Source: Iphione sp. A-MEVVRFRX5 (taxonomy: Eukaryota). From it: a DNA stretch of 64,000 nt. The translations under genes were made by a program, and so were the position numbers. The notes under the pieces are model-generated. The model had not been told where the DNA came from and searched no databases. It worked only from the letters and a program-made list of their open reading frames with translations. Shown here in pieces: positions 35,801 to 47,891 of the stretch. Numbering within the stretch: the first letter of the stretch is position 1; every line of letters begins with the position of its first letter. The stretch is taken from assembly GCA_976226885.1 (NCBI GenBank), contig OZ320316.1, positions 84,816,001 to 84,880,000 on the forward strand. Reading direction: 5' to 3'.

Positions 35801-38792
35801 GCGGAGAGATGTCCTGCTTCCCATCCCATTGCAACCAAGTGTCAGAAAACTGGGAATCTTCCCACCACAAAGCGGAAGGGGAATTGCATGATCACAAAAT
35901 GGAGAATACGCGTACATCAATACAGAAATGCTCAAGGGAAGCATCTGTTGTACCACATGTACACATGTACTTCCAGCCAGATAGCACTCTGCCTAACTTA
36001 TTTCAGTGTTGCAGTAGCTACATGAAGTGTTTGGATTTGTCGAACAAAAAGAACCCCAGTTGGGGCTGGCGATTGACATTTGACAATGACGGGCAGTGAA
36101 ATGTATGAGCAGAAATTCTACCGCAAATGTGCGAAAGTAAAATCAAAGTAGTGGAATCCTGAAATAGGGTGCTTTCGGAGAACAATGGTAACTTCTTCAT
36201 TGAAGAACTTCCCTTTAATCTATTCACGCAGCCAACGGAACAAATCTCCTAAGCTAGCCTTACACTTTTGAACTGCTAGTTTAAGCGGACTATAAGCTTG
36301 AGGGGGCTGAACGGTTCGGGTCGCCCTTATACCCGACGAGAGACCACAGAGGAAGGGTTGAGTATAGCTGAAGTGGTTTGGCCACTTATAACATGTTCTA
36401 GAGGCAACTTAAGACCTTCTCTATAGCTGTGTCCATTATTCACTAAAGAACTACGCTAACTATAGTGAGTATGTCTCAAATATACATCAAACACAGGAGC
36501 CATTTTAAGCATCTGTGACGAAAAGAATGCTCGAGCGTTGCGTGCTGTTCCACGAACAGACAAATACGCGCAGAAAATATACCCGTAAAATATAGCTGTA
36601 GATGTATAGCATGTGCTCGTAAAAGATATCAATCGTGGACACGGAGCATCCCAGGAACTTGAAGCTTAGACCTGCATAGACTTAAAGTGGGCAATATTGC
36701 AGATACGATCCATGTCCTCTGTTTGATCATGTCCTTGGATGAAAGACGTTTCAACTGGGTTTATCGGTTTTTTATAAGAGAATTCTCTCTTTCTTTCGGA
36801 AACAGATTTGTCTATAGACATATATACGAGGGGTCTCCGTCAGACGGGAAAGCTACCCTTCTGGAAAACACCCCCTTTGTGTATTTCCCAAATATAAGAT
36901 GACCTTTTCCTCCGCTTGGAGATCAAATGTCGAATCTGAGTCAGATTAGGCACCCTCGCACTTTCCCCCAGTGACAAATCGACAATATTGAAATAAAAAT
37001 GTCTGGGATGCTTCCACACAATGGAGCTTCTCTCTCCAGTGCTGCTTGAAGAGGCCACGTTTAATGTCAAAATAAAAGAGGCTGGTTTATGCATACAAAG
37101 CCGCTTGAATGGAATTCATTCTTTTATTCTCAACATTAGTTCCGACTGAAGCATAAGTAAACTTCCATATTATCTTCAGGAACAGTAGATCTCGGAGGTT
37201 GCTTTCCTTTGTATTATTTCCTAGGTTATCATTGAAAATCGCGTGTTTAAGTCAGAACACTGCAATCTTTTGTCTTCTCACAATATTGATGACTTCTGTA
37301 GAAATATTTATGCACTACCACAGCTACATATTTAAACATAAGTGAGAACCCCGGCTTCTTTAACTGCTTCATAATATATGTGATTAGGCGTACAGGTCAG
37401 TGATGCAATTACATGTACTACATTTTAATGTATCAAGATTTAATAGGGGAATCCCCCTTTAGTGGCAGTGTTTTAAATTATTTCAGAGGATGTTTATGAC
37501 GTTATCCTATTATGATTGCAATTCCAGATAATAAGGCAACTTATGACAAAAACATTTGTTGGCTATAAATGTTCTGACAAATGAAACTACATATAGCACA
37601 TGGTTTTAAATAGCTATGGGAAGTCTACTTAATTCACGGCACGGTAGACGGACTGTTTATTTCTAAGCTTTTAAAGGTCAAATCATGGCGACAAGAAGCG
37701 TAAATATATTCAAAGACATAGTCACATCTTAAAGAATGCGACTTGTCTGGATGAATAGTTGCTTTCGATTGCTCAGTCGTTTGTTCTGAGCACACCGTCA
37801 TCTGCCAGAGTTTCACGTCCAGCCCGATAAAACATACATTAGACCCTTTCTATGAAAACATTACCAGAATAAGGCGCACCTAAGTATACATCTTTCTTAT
37901 AGTGAAACGGCACTGTTTGTCTCCGAAATAAAGGTCACTAGACGATGATATATAGACTGAATATTAGCAAACTACAGGGAACTGCTTTGGAGTACATGGA
38001 CAGCTGTTAGTGTGTGAAGCGCATAATTTTCCGTATGACAGAGATCAGAATGGGATTGTTTGGCATAGTTCCCATCAACTGCGGTTTAACTTCTGCTTCA
38101 TGTGGCGAGCATCTTCTTGTGCTAGTATTATCACCATGCAGAGCAGGCAATTCAAACCATTAGCTCTGATTGATACCTACTGGACATGAGAAGGAATCTG
38201 CCTTCATAATGAGTAACCCAAACTCAGTTATATTAGATTTGTGATGGATTCTGACTGTCAACAATAGGTTTGATTCAATGATATTTATACGTATAGATAT
38301 GTATAATTACCACTAACCTGTACGATAATATATGCACATGTATACAAATGCACATGTATGCGTTTGACACCCACTGCATTCTAATTAAGACATAACATGA
38401 AGTAAATAGGTTGTAGTCTAAGAGAATCAGGGAGAATTCAGGTTACATAATGTGTCTTTGAAAGCCAGGTCCAACAGTGGTGAAAAACTGGCGAATCCAA
38501 TTTGTCCCCTATCAACCTTCATGTTCGGTTTTTACAATTATTAAGTTCAACGTACATTTCTTTTTCGCTCCTTAAATACGGTGCATACATTTGATACATC
38601 ATTAACTCCTCCAACCTGCATGTCTAAATTGTATAGGAAAATATTTAAAACAATAAGGCTCGGTTTCCATGTGTGCATTTTTTTCCCCCAGATTCCATGA
38701 TTCATGCATAAAATCAGCTGATTTTCCAGACAGGCACAGACAAACATGGAGACCCTGTTTCCATGTATATGGTTCAGAGACAGACAGGACAC

Positions 38793-39130
38793 TGTGTGTT
38801 TTTTCATGGAGGTTGAAGCATAATGGTGGAAATTGTGCAGTTTTCCGTGGAGATCGAGGTATATCATTAGAAACTGAGCAGTTTTTCATGGAGGTCAGGC
38901 ATATCAGTGGAAATTGTGTGTTTTTTATGAAAATGATATGCAAATTAGATAATTTTCATATCATCTATCACATGATAGATGGTGCCTATCCAGTTGAATA
39001 CCCCCATCTATTTATCTTACTCATTCATGCTCATCCATGTTTTGGAAAAAAATAACCATTGTTCATTTTTGGTCTCTTGACCCATCTGGACCCATACCAC
39101 AGACCTGGAGACCCATACCCATGGAAACAA
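38793..39130 (+). repeat. Dispersed repeat family, copy 1 (41-bp internal unit x3 plus a unique tail)
   Basis: Units start at 38793, 38834 and 38875, with a partial unit at 38915 (ttttcatggaggttgaagcatatcagtggaaattgtgtg). The tail atgatatgcaaattagataattttcatatcatcta is shared with copies 2 and 3. The 3' boundary is approximate. Confidence 0.75.
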
Positions 39131-39407
39131 TCATGCTGAATACCATAGAATAAGTTTTTTTCTAGAGCGTGTGCTCTGTGCTCTGGAGGAAATCTCCGTA
39201 CACATGGAGAATGGGCCTAAAGCCACTCTCCATGTGTATGTGTCAGTGCAGGAAGGTCTGGAAATTATGCCAATTTTCTGGACGAGAATGGATCAGCATG
39301 GACACCCCCTTTCCATGCATATTGGTCAGAATCGTTAGGGACAGCCAGGGACAGTCAGGCATGGATAGATAGCTGCAAGGGAGAGAGTGTGTGTGTGTGT
39401 GTCAGAG

Positions 39408-39545
39408 CAAATCTGTGTAAGCACTGACCAGAAGGAATTCCATCCAAATCTGTGTAAATGGCATAATTCTGTGCTAATCAGAAGGAATTCCAATAAATCT
39501 GTTGTAAATGGCATACCTTTAGTACTGATTGGAAGGAACTCTGAC
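39408..39545 (+). repeat. Degenerate ~40-50-bp tandem repeat x3
   Basis: aaatctgtgtaa...cagaaggaattcca recurs three times. Confidence 0.65.
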
Positions 39546-40416
39546 CAGTCCTAACACATTCATGATCCAGAATCTGGAGGAATTTATGGTCAAGGGCTGT
39601 TTTCAGTTTCCGGAAACACACACAACATACAACACACAACATGTAACACAGACATGGACACGAAAGCATGGAAATAACCCTGTTAAAAGGCATAGGATTG
39701 TTTATCTCTGCACCTCTACGTCTGTAGTATGGGGGGAAAGTCCGGATATATGGAAAACTGGCCTTCATCACATAATACATGTAGTTGCACATGTATTTGT
39801 GTAAGAGCTGCTTTCTATGTATCCAAATATTTCTCTGCACTGTGTGGCTGCGTACCTCTCTGGAGGGGTGCTTTCCAGATATCCTTGGAGTGGGCATGAC
39901 ATCACATTGGCTGATAAGACTAGCACCCTTAGTCAGATATAGGTCAGGGAGCCCAGGGTGGAGGTGAAAACAAGTGGACTTCTCTCTTTGAGCTATTGTA
40001 CTGTTTGGTCTCATAATAATAATTTGACATTGATTTGAATGCTAATTCTGACATTATAATGAACACACATGTAGAACTAACTTTAGGTTAAGTGCATATG
40101 TTAAAATTATCACTGGGTTCTTTTTACCAGTCCTTAGAGTTCACACAAGAATATGTAGAAACTCCCTGATTATCACCCACTCTTCACCTCTGCAGTATTT
40201 TTGCTGAATTACAACTTTTAAAATGGGATTTAAATCTAAACACATAAATTAAGTCATTTAGATAAATGATAAACCTATACATTTATCACAATGAAGCCTT
40301 ATGACACTTTTATAATCCTTATCAAATTGGGTTGACAACTCTTTGTTTACACCTTGCTCGCCACAAGTGCCCGGATTGCTGACTTCATGAATACACATAG
40401 GAGGGAGAGAGAGAGA

Positions 40417-40443
40417 GTATGTATGTATGTATGTATGTATGTA
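40417..40443 (+). repeat. (GTAT)n microsatellite
   Basis: Direct reading, ~6.7 units. Confidence 0.95.
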
Positions 40444-40444
40444 A

Positions 40445-40730
40445 GGAGGTTGAAGCATATCAGTGGAAATTGTGTGTTTTTTTCTGAAGGTTGAAGCATA
40501 TCAGTGCAAAGTGTGCAGTTTTTATGCAATGATATGCAAAGTATATAATTTTTCACATCATCTACCATATGATAGACAATCTCTATCCTGCTGAGAACAT
40601 TCATTTCTTTATTCTATGGGCCAATGTGGCTAACCAGAGTCCATGCTCCAGAGAAAATTACGGCCCAGATTCATTTTTTGGCAAATGAACCCAGACCAAG
40701 GACCCACAGACATGGACCCATGGACCCCCT
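40445..40730 (+). repeat. Dispersed repeat family, copy 2
   Basis: ggaggttgaagcatatcagtggaaattgtgtgtttt x2, plus tail atgatatgcaaagtatataatttttcacatcatctacc. Begins directly after a (GTAT)n run. Confidence 0.75.
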
Positions 40731-43239
40731 TTGATCGTTTTTCCCCAGACACACGTATCCATGGTCCAAAGACAGTTTCCGGACACTTGGAAAGCCAGCC
40801 TTGCACACAAGCTAGGCCTGAGACGCATAGACAGCCCTCCAGGAAAGTGTTAGTTGAAAAAGTTGTTCATAATTACGAGGAAAATGTAATTTGCGAAGAG
40901 ATCCATCTTTGCTACTTGTTTCTTTTATAGGTTCGCTGGTTGGCCATCGAAGAAAACGAAACTCAGTATAAAACCTGAATTTGAATCTATTTGCTTCTCA
41001 TTATCTTCCAGTTTCCAGAATCTGAATTACAAATGACATGATTCGCAAGGCATTGAATAACGGCGAACGGGCATTGTGTACGACTGCTCTGAGAGTGGGC
41101 GAATGAGAGAAGGTACGTCGAGATTGTGTGCCCCTCGTCGCTAATAAAGAGGTAATGGATATCTGCAACCCCTCTGTCTCATGCCCGTGTGGGACAACAA
41201 GATGGAGGCATTAGCACGGCAAGCGCACCGAGGCGCCGAAAGGGATCGGCTGGGATCTCTGGCACACCTTGCGGAGTACTCTGGGACATTCCGAAATTAT
41301 TGCCGCCAATTAAAGCAGGATAAAGCAATCACCGTCAGCCAAGGCGCTGGGCGCCACCGCACGGCGGCGCCAACTCAGCGCCCAGGCATCGTCTAATTAA
41401 CGAACACCGCTCTAATTAGCACCCGAGACATGGCTCTCGTGCACCAGGCTGCCCTCTTGTGGGAACCGCAAGAACAGGGATTATCGGGCGAGCACCATTG
41501 TGTTTTGCCTGGGAAACTGGTAATGAAGATACCAATCCTGAGAAGATGACAACGAAGGCGAACCGCGACTAGAATCGATGTTGCCGAGCTACTGATGTGT
41601 ACGCCCGTAGCGGTCACAATCTGATGAAATTTTACGCCAGCTATAAAAAGAGCCGTAAATGATTTACGACAGAAACGAGGAGATCTTCGTGTTTGAGCCT
41701 TTGTGGAGCGTTGACACTGCAAAGGACTGTATGTAAGAAGCTTATAGCAGTATAACCAGCAGTAAAGCGCTATCTCCATGTACATGTAATCATAATAGTT
41801 TCGATATAATAGTCCCCTTGACATTTATAAGTAAGAGAGCGTTATATTCAAAATGAGAACTACTGAATTTCGTAGTTACCACCCACAGTAAAAGTCATTT
41901 TTCGTCCGTCTCTGCGTTGAAGACAATACCGTCTAATTCAATTTATTAGCTCTTCGGTTTTGATTTTGGGGAATCTGTGAAACCACCTTTCATTCTATTA
42001 AAGTGAAGAACGAACGAAATGTTTTAGTCAGCTCGAATTAACTTCAACGGTATTCCAAATGGGGTCAGTTGTTTAAGAAAATCCACCAGTTGGTATGTCC
42101 CCCGGGTATTTCCTTATATTCACTAAGAAACTACGATTTGTTCCAGTATAAACAACCTGGGCAAGAATAATGTTAGAATATTTGCAGAAAACATGCAAGT
42201 ACTACCTTCGTTCATTTGAGTTTCTTAGATAAATTATGATACATATATAAGTTATATACATGTATAAGTATATGCAGGGTCTATCAAGTTTAGTACTTTT
42301 AGTTGCAGGTAAGGCTTAATACTCATGTTTGCATGTTTTCATGACTGTGGCAACATGCTTCCAGCATGTTTTGGGGGAACTATGCTTATCATGAGGGTTC
42401 TTCCATGCATGTTTGAATTGGGTACAATGTAGTATGTCCGCATAAGCAATTGACTCCACCATAGGCGACCATCAGAGGGGCTTAAGCAGTGCACATGTAT
42501 CCATATTTTGCTACGGCTCCAGGCCTGCAGATATCTGTTCTATAGGAATCAAGTGAGCCATTCGCATGTGGCCATACCCCTATTTTAGTACAGGTACGGA
42601 CCAATACCGGTATTTTCTTGAGCCCAACCAGGATGGATTTGGTATGGGTACAGACCCATATTCCATAGACAGCAATGGTGACGGAAATCTGGTCCACATA
42701 TGTCGGCAATTGATTAACAGATCAGCAGCAGATATTCCATGTCTCCAGATCCATAGACAGATATTTCCAGACCCATAGACAGATATTTCGTACATGTGAA
42801 CAGTCCCTAACCAAAACTGGTTGCCTTCACCGAATGGTCGCCCCAGGCATTGGATGAAGGTGGGGGAGTGTGAAAGTCTGAGCTGGTGGTAAACAAGAAG
42901 TACTTTGTTATGCCTCTAAGTATGAATTCTCCCTCTCTCTACTAATTTAGAGAATATCATTCCTTAAACCATTGCGTTGTTAGAAAGTAGTGGTTGTGCT
43001 AACATCTCTGTCCCAGCTTAGACAGTGAAACACTCAAAAGGATCTGTTAGGAAACAGTTCATGCTAACATCTCTGTCCATAGCTTAGGGAATTTTAACAT
43101 TTCAAACACTCTGTTAGGGAGGAGTGGTCATGCTAAAACCTCTACCTACACCTTAATTAATAAATAACATGGTGAAACAGGCCACATTCTTTCTTAAAAT
43201 GGTAGTATCTAGCAAGAGGTGGTTGCCATGGGCAGTAAA

Positions 43240-43424
43240 GCATGCACTTTTGGTTCTTAAAATGGTGGTCTTATTGGTCGAATGGTCTTCCAGGGAGGAA
43301 TGGTCTCCTTTGGCAGAGACCACCATATAGGAAATGCACTGATAATCAGGCGGTTCTGTGGAAAAGTTCTTAGCCTGGTCGAATGGTCTCCTCCACCAAC
43401 TGGTCGTAGGGTGAGAGTCTACTG
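43240..43424. mobile_element. Probable right-end fragment of a related CAG...CTG (pogo/Tc1-like) MITE
   Basis: Repeated tggtc(t/g) subterminal motifs ending ...ctggtcgtagggtgagagtctactg|ca. The architecture resembles the 47156-48081 right end. No matching left TIR was found. Confidence 0.4.
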
Positions 43425-45513
43425 CAGTGTGTTTTCAGATTTGGAAGTTGCCAATTTCCATGGCCATTCACATGTGTTTTCAATAAAAACTATGGGTATT
43501 TACTGGGCTTATATAGGGCTCCATGCTGATTCTATTACTATTTGATTGACTTTGGCAGTGAAAATGGTGTCATCTTTTCACAGCACTTCATTGCCATGAA
43601 AACATGCTACAAACTCTTTGGATACAAGTAAATTAAGCCGTAGGTTGGTGACAATGATTGATTTCAGTCTTGGCATTGGCCCCCCCGAGGCCTTCCTAAA
43701 GCAACAGTGAAAGAACCATGAAGTTCCAAGGTCTCATACCCTAGGCAGTTGTCTTGGATATTTACTCTCTCTTTTCCCTCCTTTTATTCCTTTCCTATCC
43801 TTCTGGCGTGCTCAGGCATGGCTGCACTAATATCATGTTGAAGGTATGGCTCAAACACACATGTGAGAGTTGGATGATGTCCAAGGCTCCAAGTGATGGA
43901 TATAATGGTATGCTTCAATTTGCAGAACGAGACATATAGAAGCAGTACGTTACAAACAAGTTCCAGTACCTGTGTTATGGCATCAGGCTGTACAAATAAA
44001 TGCTACATACCAGACACATCACAATATGGACACGGCCAAATATCCAGGCAGCACAGTGCGAAATAAACTATATAATATATCGTGTCAAATTGAATCATTG
44101 CCAGATATCTGGATAATTTCCTGTTCTCAAGCGGTGTCCTTTTAAGTCTATTTAAAGAAGAATTGAAGTCGTTTCCATTAAGAGGGCATATCTTGTGCGA
44201 ATACATAGTGTTCAGCACAATATAGATAGACTAGGTGTAGGAGAGGTGATAGCTGAAGCTTCCTATTTTGATACAGATAAGGAACATAAAGTCTACAAAG
44301 GCAAAACAATAACTGGCATCCACGCAGCAACTACATAGCATGGCCACCTGTCTCTGCCAAAGTACCAAGTCAGTAGGTTTTACAGAGGGAATGCTGTCTC
44401 ATCTCAGTTAAGGCACTTCGTGGATCCCATCAGTGATCAGCAGCACCAGAAGTATCTATTTATACATGGGTAAACACTTATTTAGTGGGATGCTTTGTCA
44501 CAGCTAACTCTCTTGCTCTTGGTTAACATTAGGCATTTCAGGTTTTCTACAGTGCATGTATATTGCATGTGCTTCCAATGCACGCATCTCCAATCTGGTA
44601 AACACTATGACCTATGACAGGAATATGAACCACGAAGATTGGTGAAGTAAGCAATATGATGAACGCATTGTCTGATACTGACAGCGACTCCTGACCTCAC
44701 TATAGGTACGTCAGGGATATCAAGAGCAACCAATCAACTTTTAGTGTTAAAATATATCAAGGTACTGTATTTAATCCTGCACCTGGTAAAGCACAGATAC
44801 AATCGATATGCTCAGGAACTGCTCAGAAAAGGATCACTTATCGTACTATGGACCACGCCAGGGAAGCAGACGTCATGAGCAACGAAAGAAAGGCAAAGTA
44901 ATTCATCATGTTAGGCAGCTGCAGTACTCAAAACTACTAACCTACACACCTGGATCCATGGCATCCTTTCCTAAGATTAATGACCCTCGATTAAACTAGA
45001 TTATCAGCACACAAAACACAATTAACACGAGCAAACTGAAAGCATTTACAGTGTAGCTGGCACCTGGCACCTGGAACCCAGCACCATTACCCACGCCTGT
45101 GACCTGTGTTCCGTATCTGCTGAGCCAGCAAATGACCTGTCACTATGTAACCAGGCATGCTAGCAGTAGCGTAGTAGATCACATTGTATGACATAAGTAA
45201 AGACAATGAACAATACATTGATAAGGACACAGATACAAGTGGCAAGCTGAAGTCTATATCACTGCTACAAAGGGAGGTGTGGAAATATCTTTAAATGAAA
45301 GCTCGAATTTCTCTGGATTTCGCTAAATCTAAACACCTTCAGAGAAATCTGCCACAAATTTCCCAGAATTTGGCTGCAGAGCCATGGACAAAGGTTGATG
45401 CCAGTATTCAATATGTGGAACACTTGAAAAACATCAAAAGGCCCAACCCAACACATTTCATGGCTGAGAGTGGTCATAAAGACTATCAAGCACGAAGTCT
45501 CCACTTTCATTTC

Positions 45514-45568
45514 AAAAATGTTAACAACGTTTTTACAATGTTTTTACAACGTTTCTGTGCTGGCTGGG
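45514..45568. mobile_element. Possible terminal fragment of a CCCAGC-ended MITE
   Basis: aaaatgttaacaacgtttttacaatgtttttacaacgtttctgtgctggctggg: subterminal acaacgtttt repeats ending in gctggg. No partner end identified. Confidence 0.3.
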
Positions 45569-47240
45569 GTAGCTTCTGGTGCGCAAGTCATACCAAACCC
45601 AGGCTGACTGCACAACTCCACAGCCACAAAAAACATTTTAGTGTGATTATTTGGCTCTATCTATGGAGCATAAACTTGCAAGCGAAACACTTCCAGAATG
45701 TGACTAAACAAGTCTCCCTACTCATCAACTACCCTTGAAATTACAACAAGTAAAGCCGGGGGCAGGGGGGTAGGCATCATACATACTGCAAGGCAGTTGT
45801 CATATGATCCAACCTTTCTCATGCTGATGATAATCTATATCATCAATGTAAGGCAGACAACTAGGCTCCATTTTAAAGCTGTTATCTTGCTTTCAATAGG
45901 GATGGAGGTAGGGGAAACCAACAAGGAATATATACCTAGTTTAATGACATCTGAGGCCTCATCGGTTCTTAAATCCCTCTGCTTCAACATTCACAGAGAG
46001 GCATATGGGCAAGTTAAGGACAAAACATTCACCCTTTGGATAGGATTTGAAGGGGTATGTTCCTCACACAATTTTAATTCTTTCTTACATTCTGTAAACC
46101 AGGTATATTAATGTAGTGTTATGGCATTTCTCTATTGTTGGTATTTTAATATGTTTGTGCATGATAGTAGGCGAAGCACAGTCATGGAATAACAATTATA
46201 ACTATTCACTCGTTTCCTCCCTCTGTTACATGATGACTACGCATTACACATCAATGCTTACTTATTCTCAAGGTCTTCTTTTGGCAAAAGGAAGCTGACG
46301 TCTAAGCATGTGTCCTCCAGAGCTACCAAATGACGGTACTTTCACTGCTTTGCACTTTCTCAAAACATCCATCTCAAAGATCCTTAATACTTAACACCTG
46401 TATTATATCGACTAAGTATATCATTACCTTTTATCAAGTTTTTATCATTGTCGTAACTTCATCAAAGGTACTTGTTTTGTTGAATGTTTGTCGCATGTCA
46501 CTCGCAATGACTATAGGTTAGCAGGGTATCTGTTGAACAAATATGCCCCATCTACTTCACACATCAACGCTTCCTACCCTGCAACACCTTCAATGCTTAT
46601 TACAGGCTGATGTCGATACGCATGGGCCCTTCTGTAATCCCTCTAATAATTCACAATCCATATACATGTACAGTCCACTCTTAGTCAGAGACCAGATCAG
46701 AGTGGTGAACAGACTGGGAGAGAGACCTGTTTTGACAGAACCGTAGCTATGTATTACTATATGAAAATACACCACAGAAGAGACCAGAACGCAATGTTCA
46801 GAGACCAGAATTTAAGGGTTCCAGGAGTGGTCTTCTAAGCAAGAGTTGCCTCTATGAGATTGCCTCTTAACTTGTCTAATTATTATAAGAATATATAATT
46901 ACTGATCGATCCTTATACTGAAAGCCACGTGGTCGAGAGGTCACGAGCCAGACAAACACAGGAGACTAAATGGTCAAACTGTTTATGGATCTTCTTCATA
47001 TTAAGCTCCTACCTGCCCCACATAGGAAGACGCGAGGATTATCCAATAATGTTCACCACCGCTGTTAAGAGAGATTTCATAATGTTTTTACAGGAGAACT
47101 TAGGATGCTAATGTTATTGTCCAAATGATTCCTTGAGGATTAACATGTCTAATTACAGGAGAACCCGCCTAATGCGACCACCTAAGGGACTGAGCTGAAG
47201 TGGTCGCATTAGGCAACTGGTCTCTTAAGGCATTGGTTGG

Positions 47241-47314
47241 CTCCCTCTCTCTCTCTGTGTCCCTCTCTCTGTCTCCCTCTCTCTCTCTATGTCCCTCTCT
47301 ATGTCTCCCTCTCT
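47241..47314 (+). repeat. Degenerate (CT)n-rich microsatellite inside the MITE
   Basis: ctccctctctctctctgtgtccctctctct... runs. Confidence 0.85.
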
Positions 47315-47319
47315 ATGGG

Positions 47320-47532
47320 GAATATTATGGTGAAAAGAAGTCTAAATTAACTGAATATTATGGGGGAAAAGTCCAAATTAACTGAATATTATGGGAAAAA
47401 GTCCAAATTAACTGAATATTATGGGGAAAATGTCCAAATTAACTGAATATTATGGGGAAAAAGTCCAAATTAACTGAATATTATGGGGAAAAGAAGTCTA
47501 AATTAACTTAATGTTATGGGGAAAAGAAGTCT
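47320..47532 (+). repeat. Minisatellite, ~7 copies of a 30-33-bp unit (gaatattatggggaaaaagtccaaattaact)
   Basis: Contiguous tandem copies read directly, with no spacers. Confidence 0.95.
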
Positions 47533-47555
47533 ACATGCACTGAATGTAAAATGAA

Positions 47556-47891
47556 TACCCTCAAACAAGCATGACAGAAGTCCCTCTAGAGTTGTTTTCG
47601 TAGTGTTTCTTGGGTACTGTGGCCGGCGGTCGCCCCGGTTACCCTCAAAGAAGCGTGACAGGAGTCCCTCAAAGCTCGTTTTCATAGTGTTTCATGGGTA
47701 TCAGGGCCGGCGGTCGCCCCGGATACCCTCAGAGAAGCGCGACATGAGTCCCTCTAAGCTCGTTTTCATAGTGTTTCGTGGGTATCAGGGCCGGCGGTCG
47801 CCCCGGATACCCTCAAAGAAGCGTGACAGGAGTTCCTCAAGGGTCGTTTTCATAGTGTTTTTGGGTATCAGGACTGGTGGTCGCCCTAGGC
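47556..47891 (+). repeat. Minisatellite, 4 copies of an 84-bp unit
   Basis: Units start at 47556, 47640, 47724 and 47808 (taccctcaaagaagcgtgacaggagtccctc...gcggtcgccccgga). Confidence 0.95.

Noticed and set aside
42553-42808. Possible small MITE (GAGCCATTCGCATG ... CATGTGAACAGTCCC)
   Set aside because: The putative TIRs differ at about a third of positions and there is no clear TSD.
43990-44190. Possible 3' end of a CR1/L2 LINE reverse transcriptase (KYPGSTVRNKL; PVLKRCPLSLFKEELKSF)
   Set aside because: The resemblance needs frameshifts and is too short to support without a database search.
46671-46880. TA-CAGTCCACTC... possible MITE left end
   Set aside because: No matching right TIR was found.
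47320-47532. CRISPR-like appearance of ~31-bp repeats
   Set aside because: The units are contiguous with no unique spacers, the context is eukaryotic and there are no cas genes.
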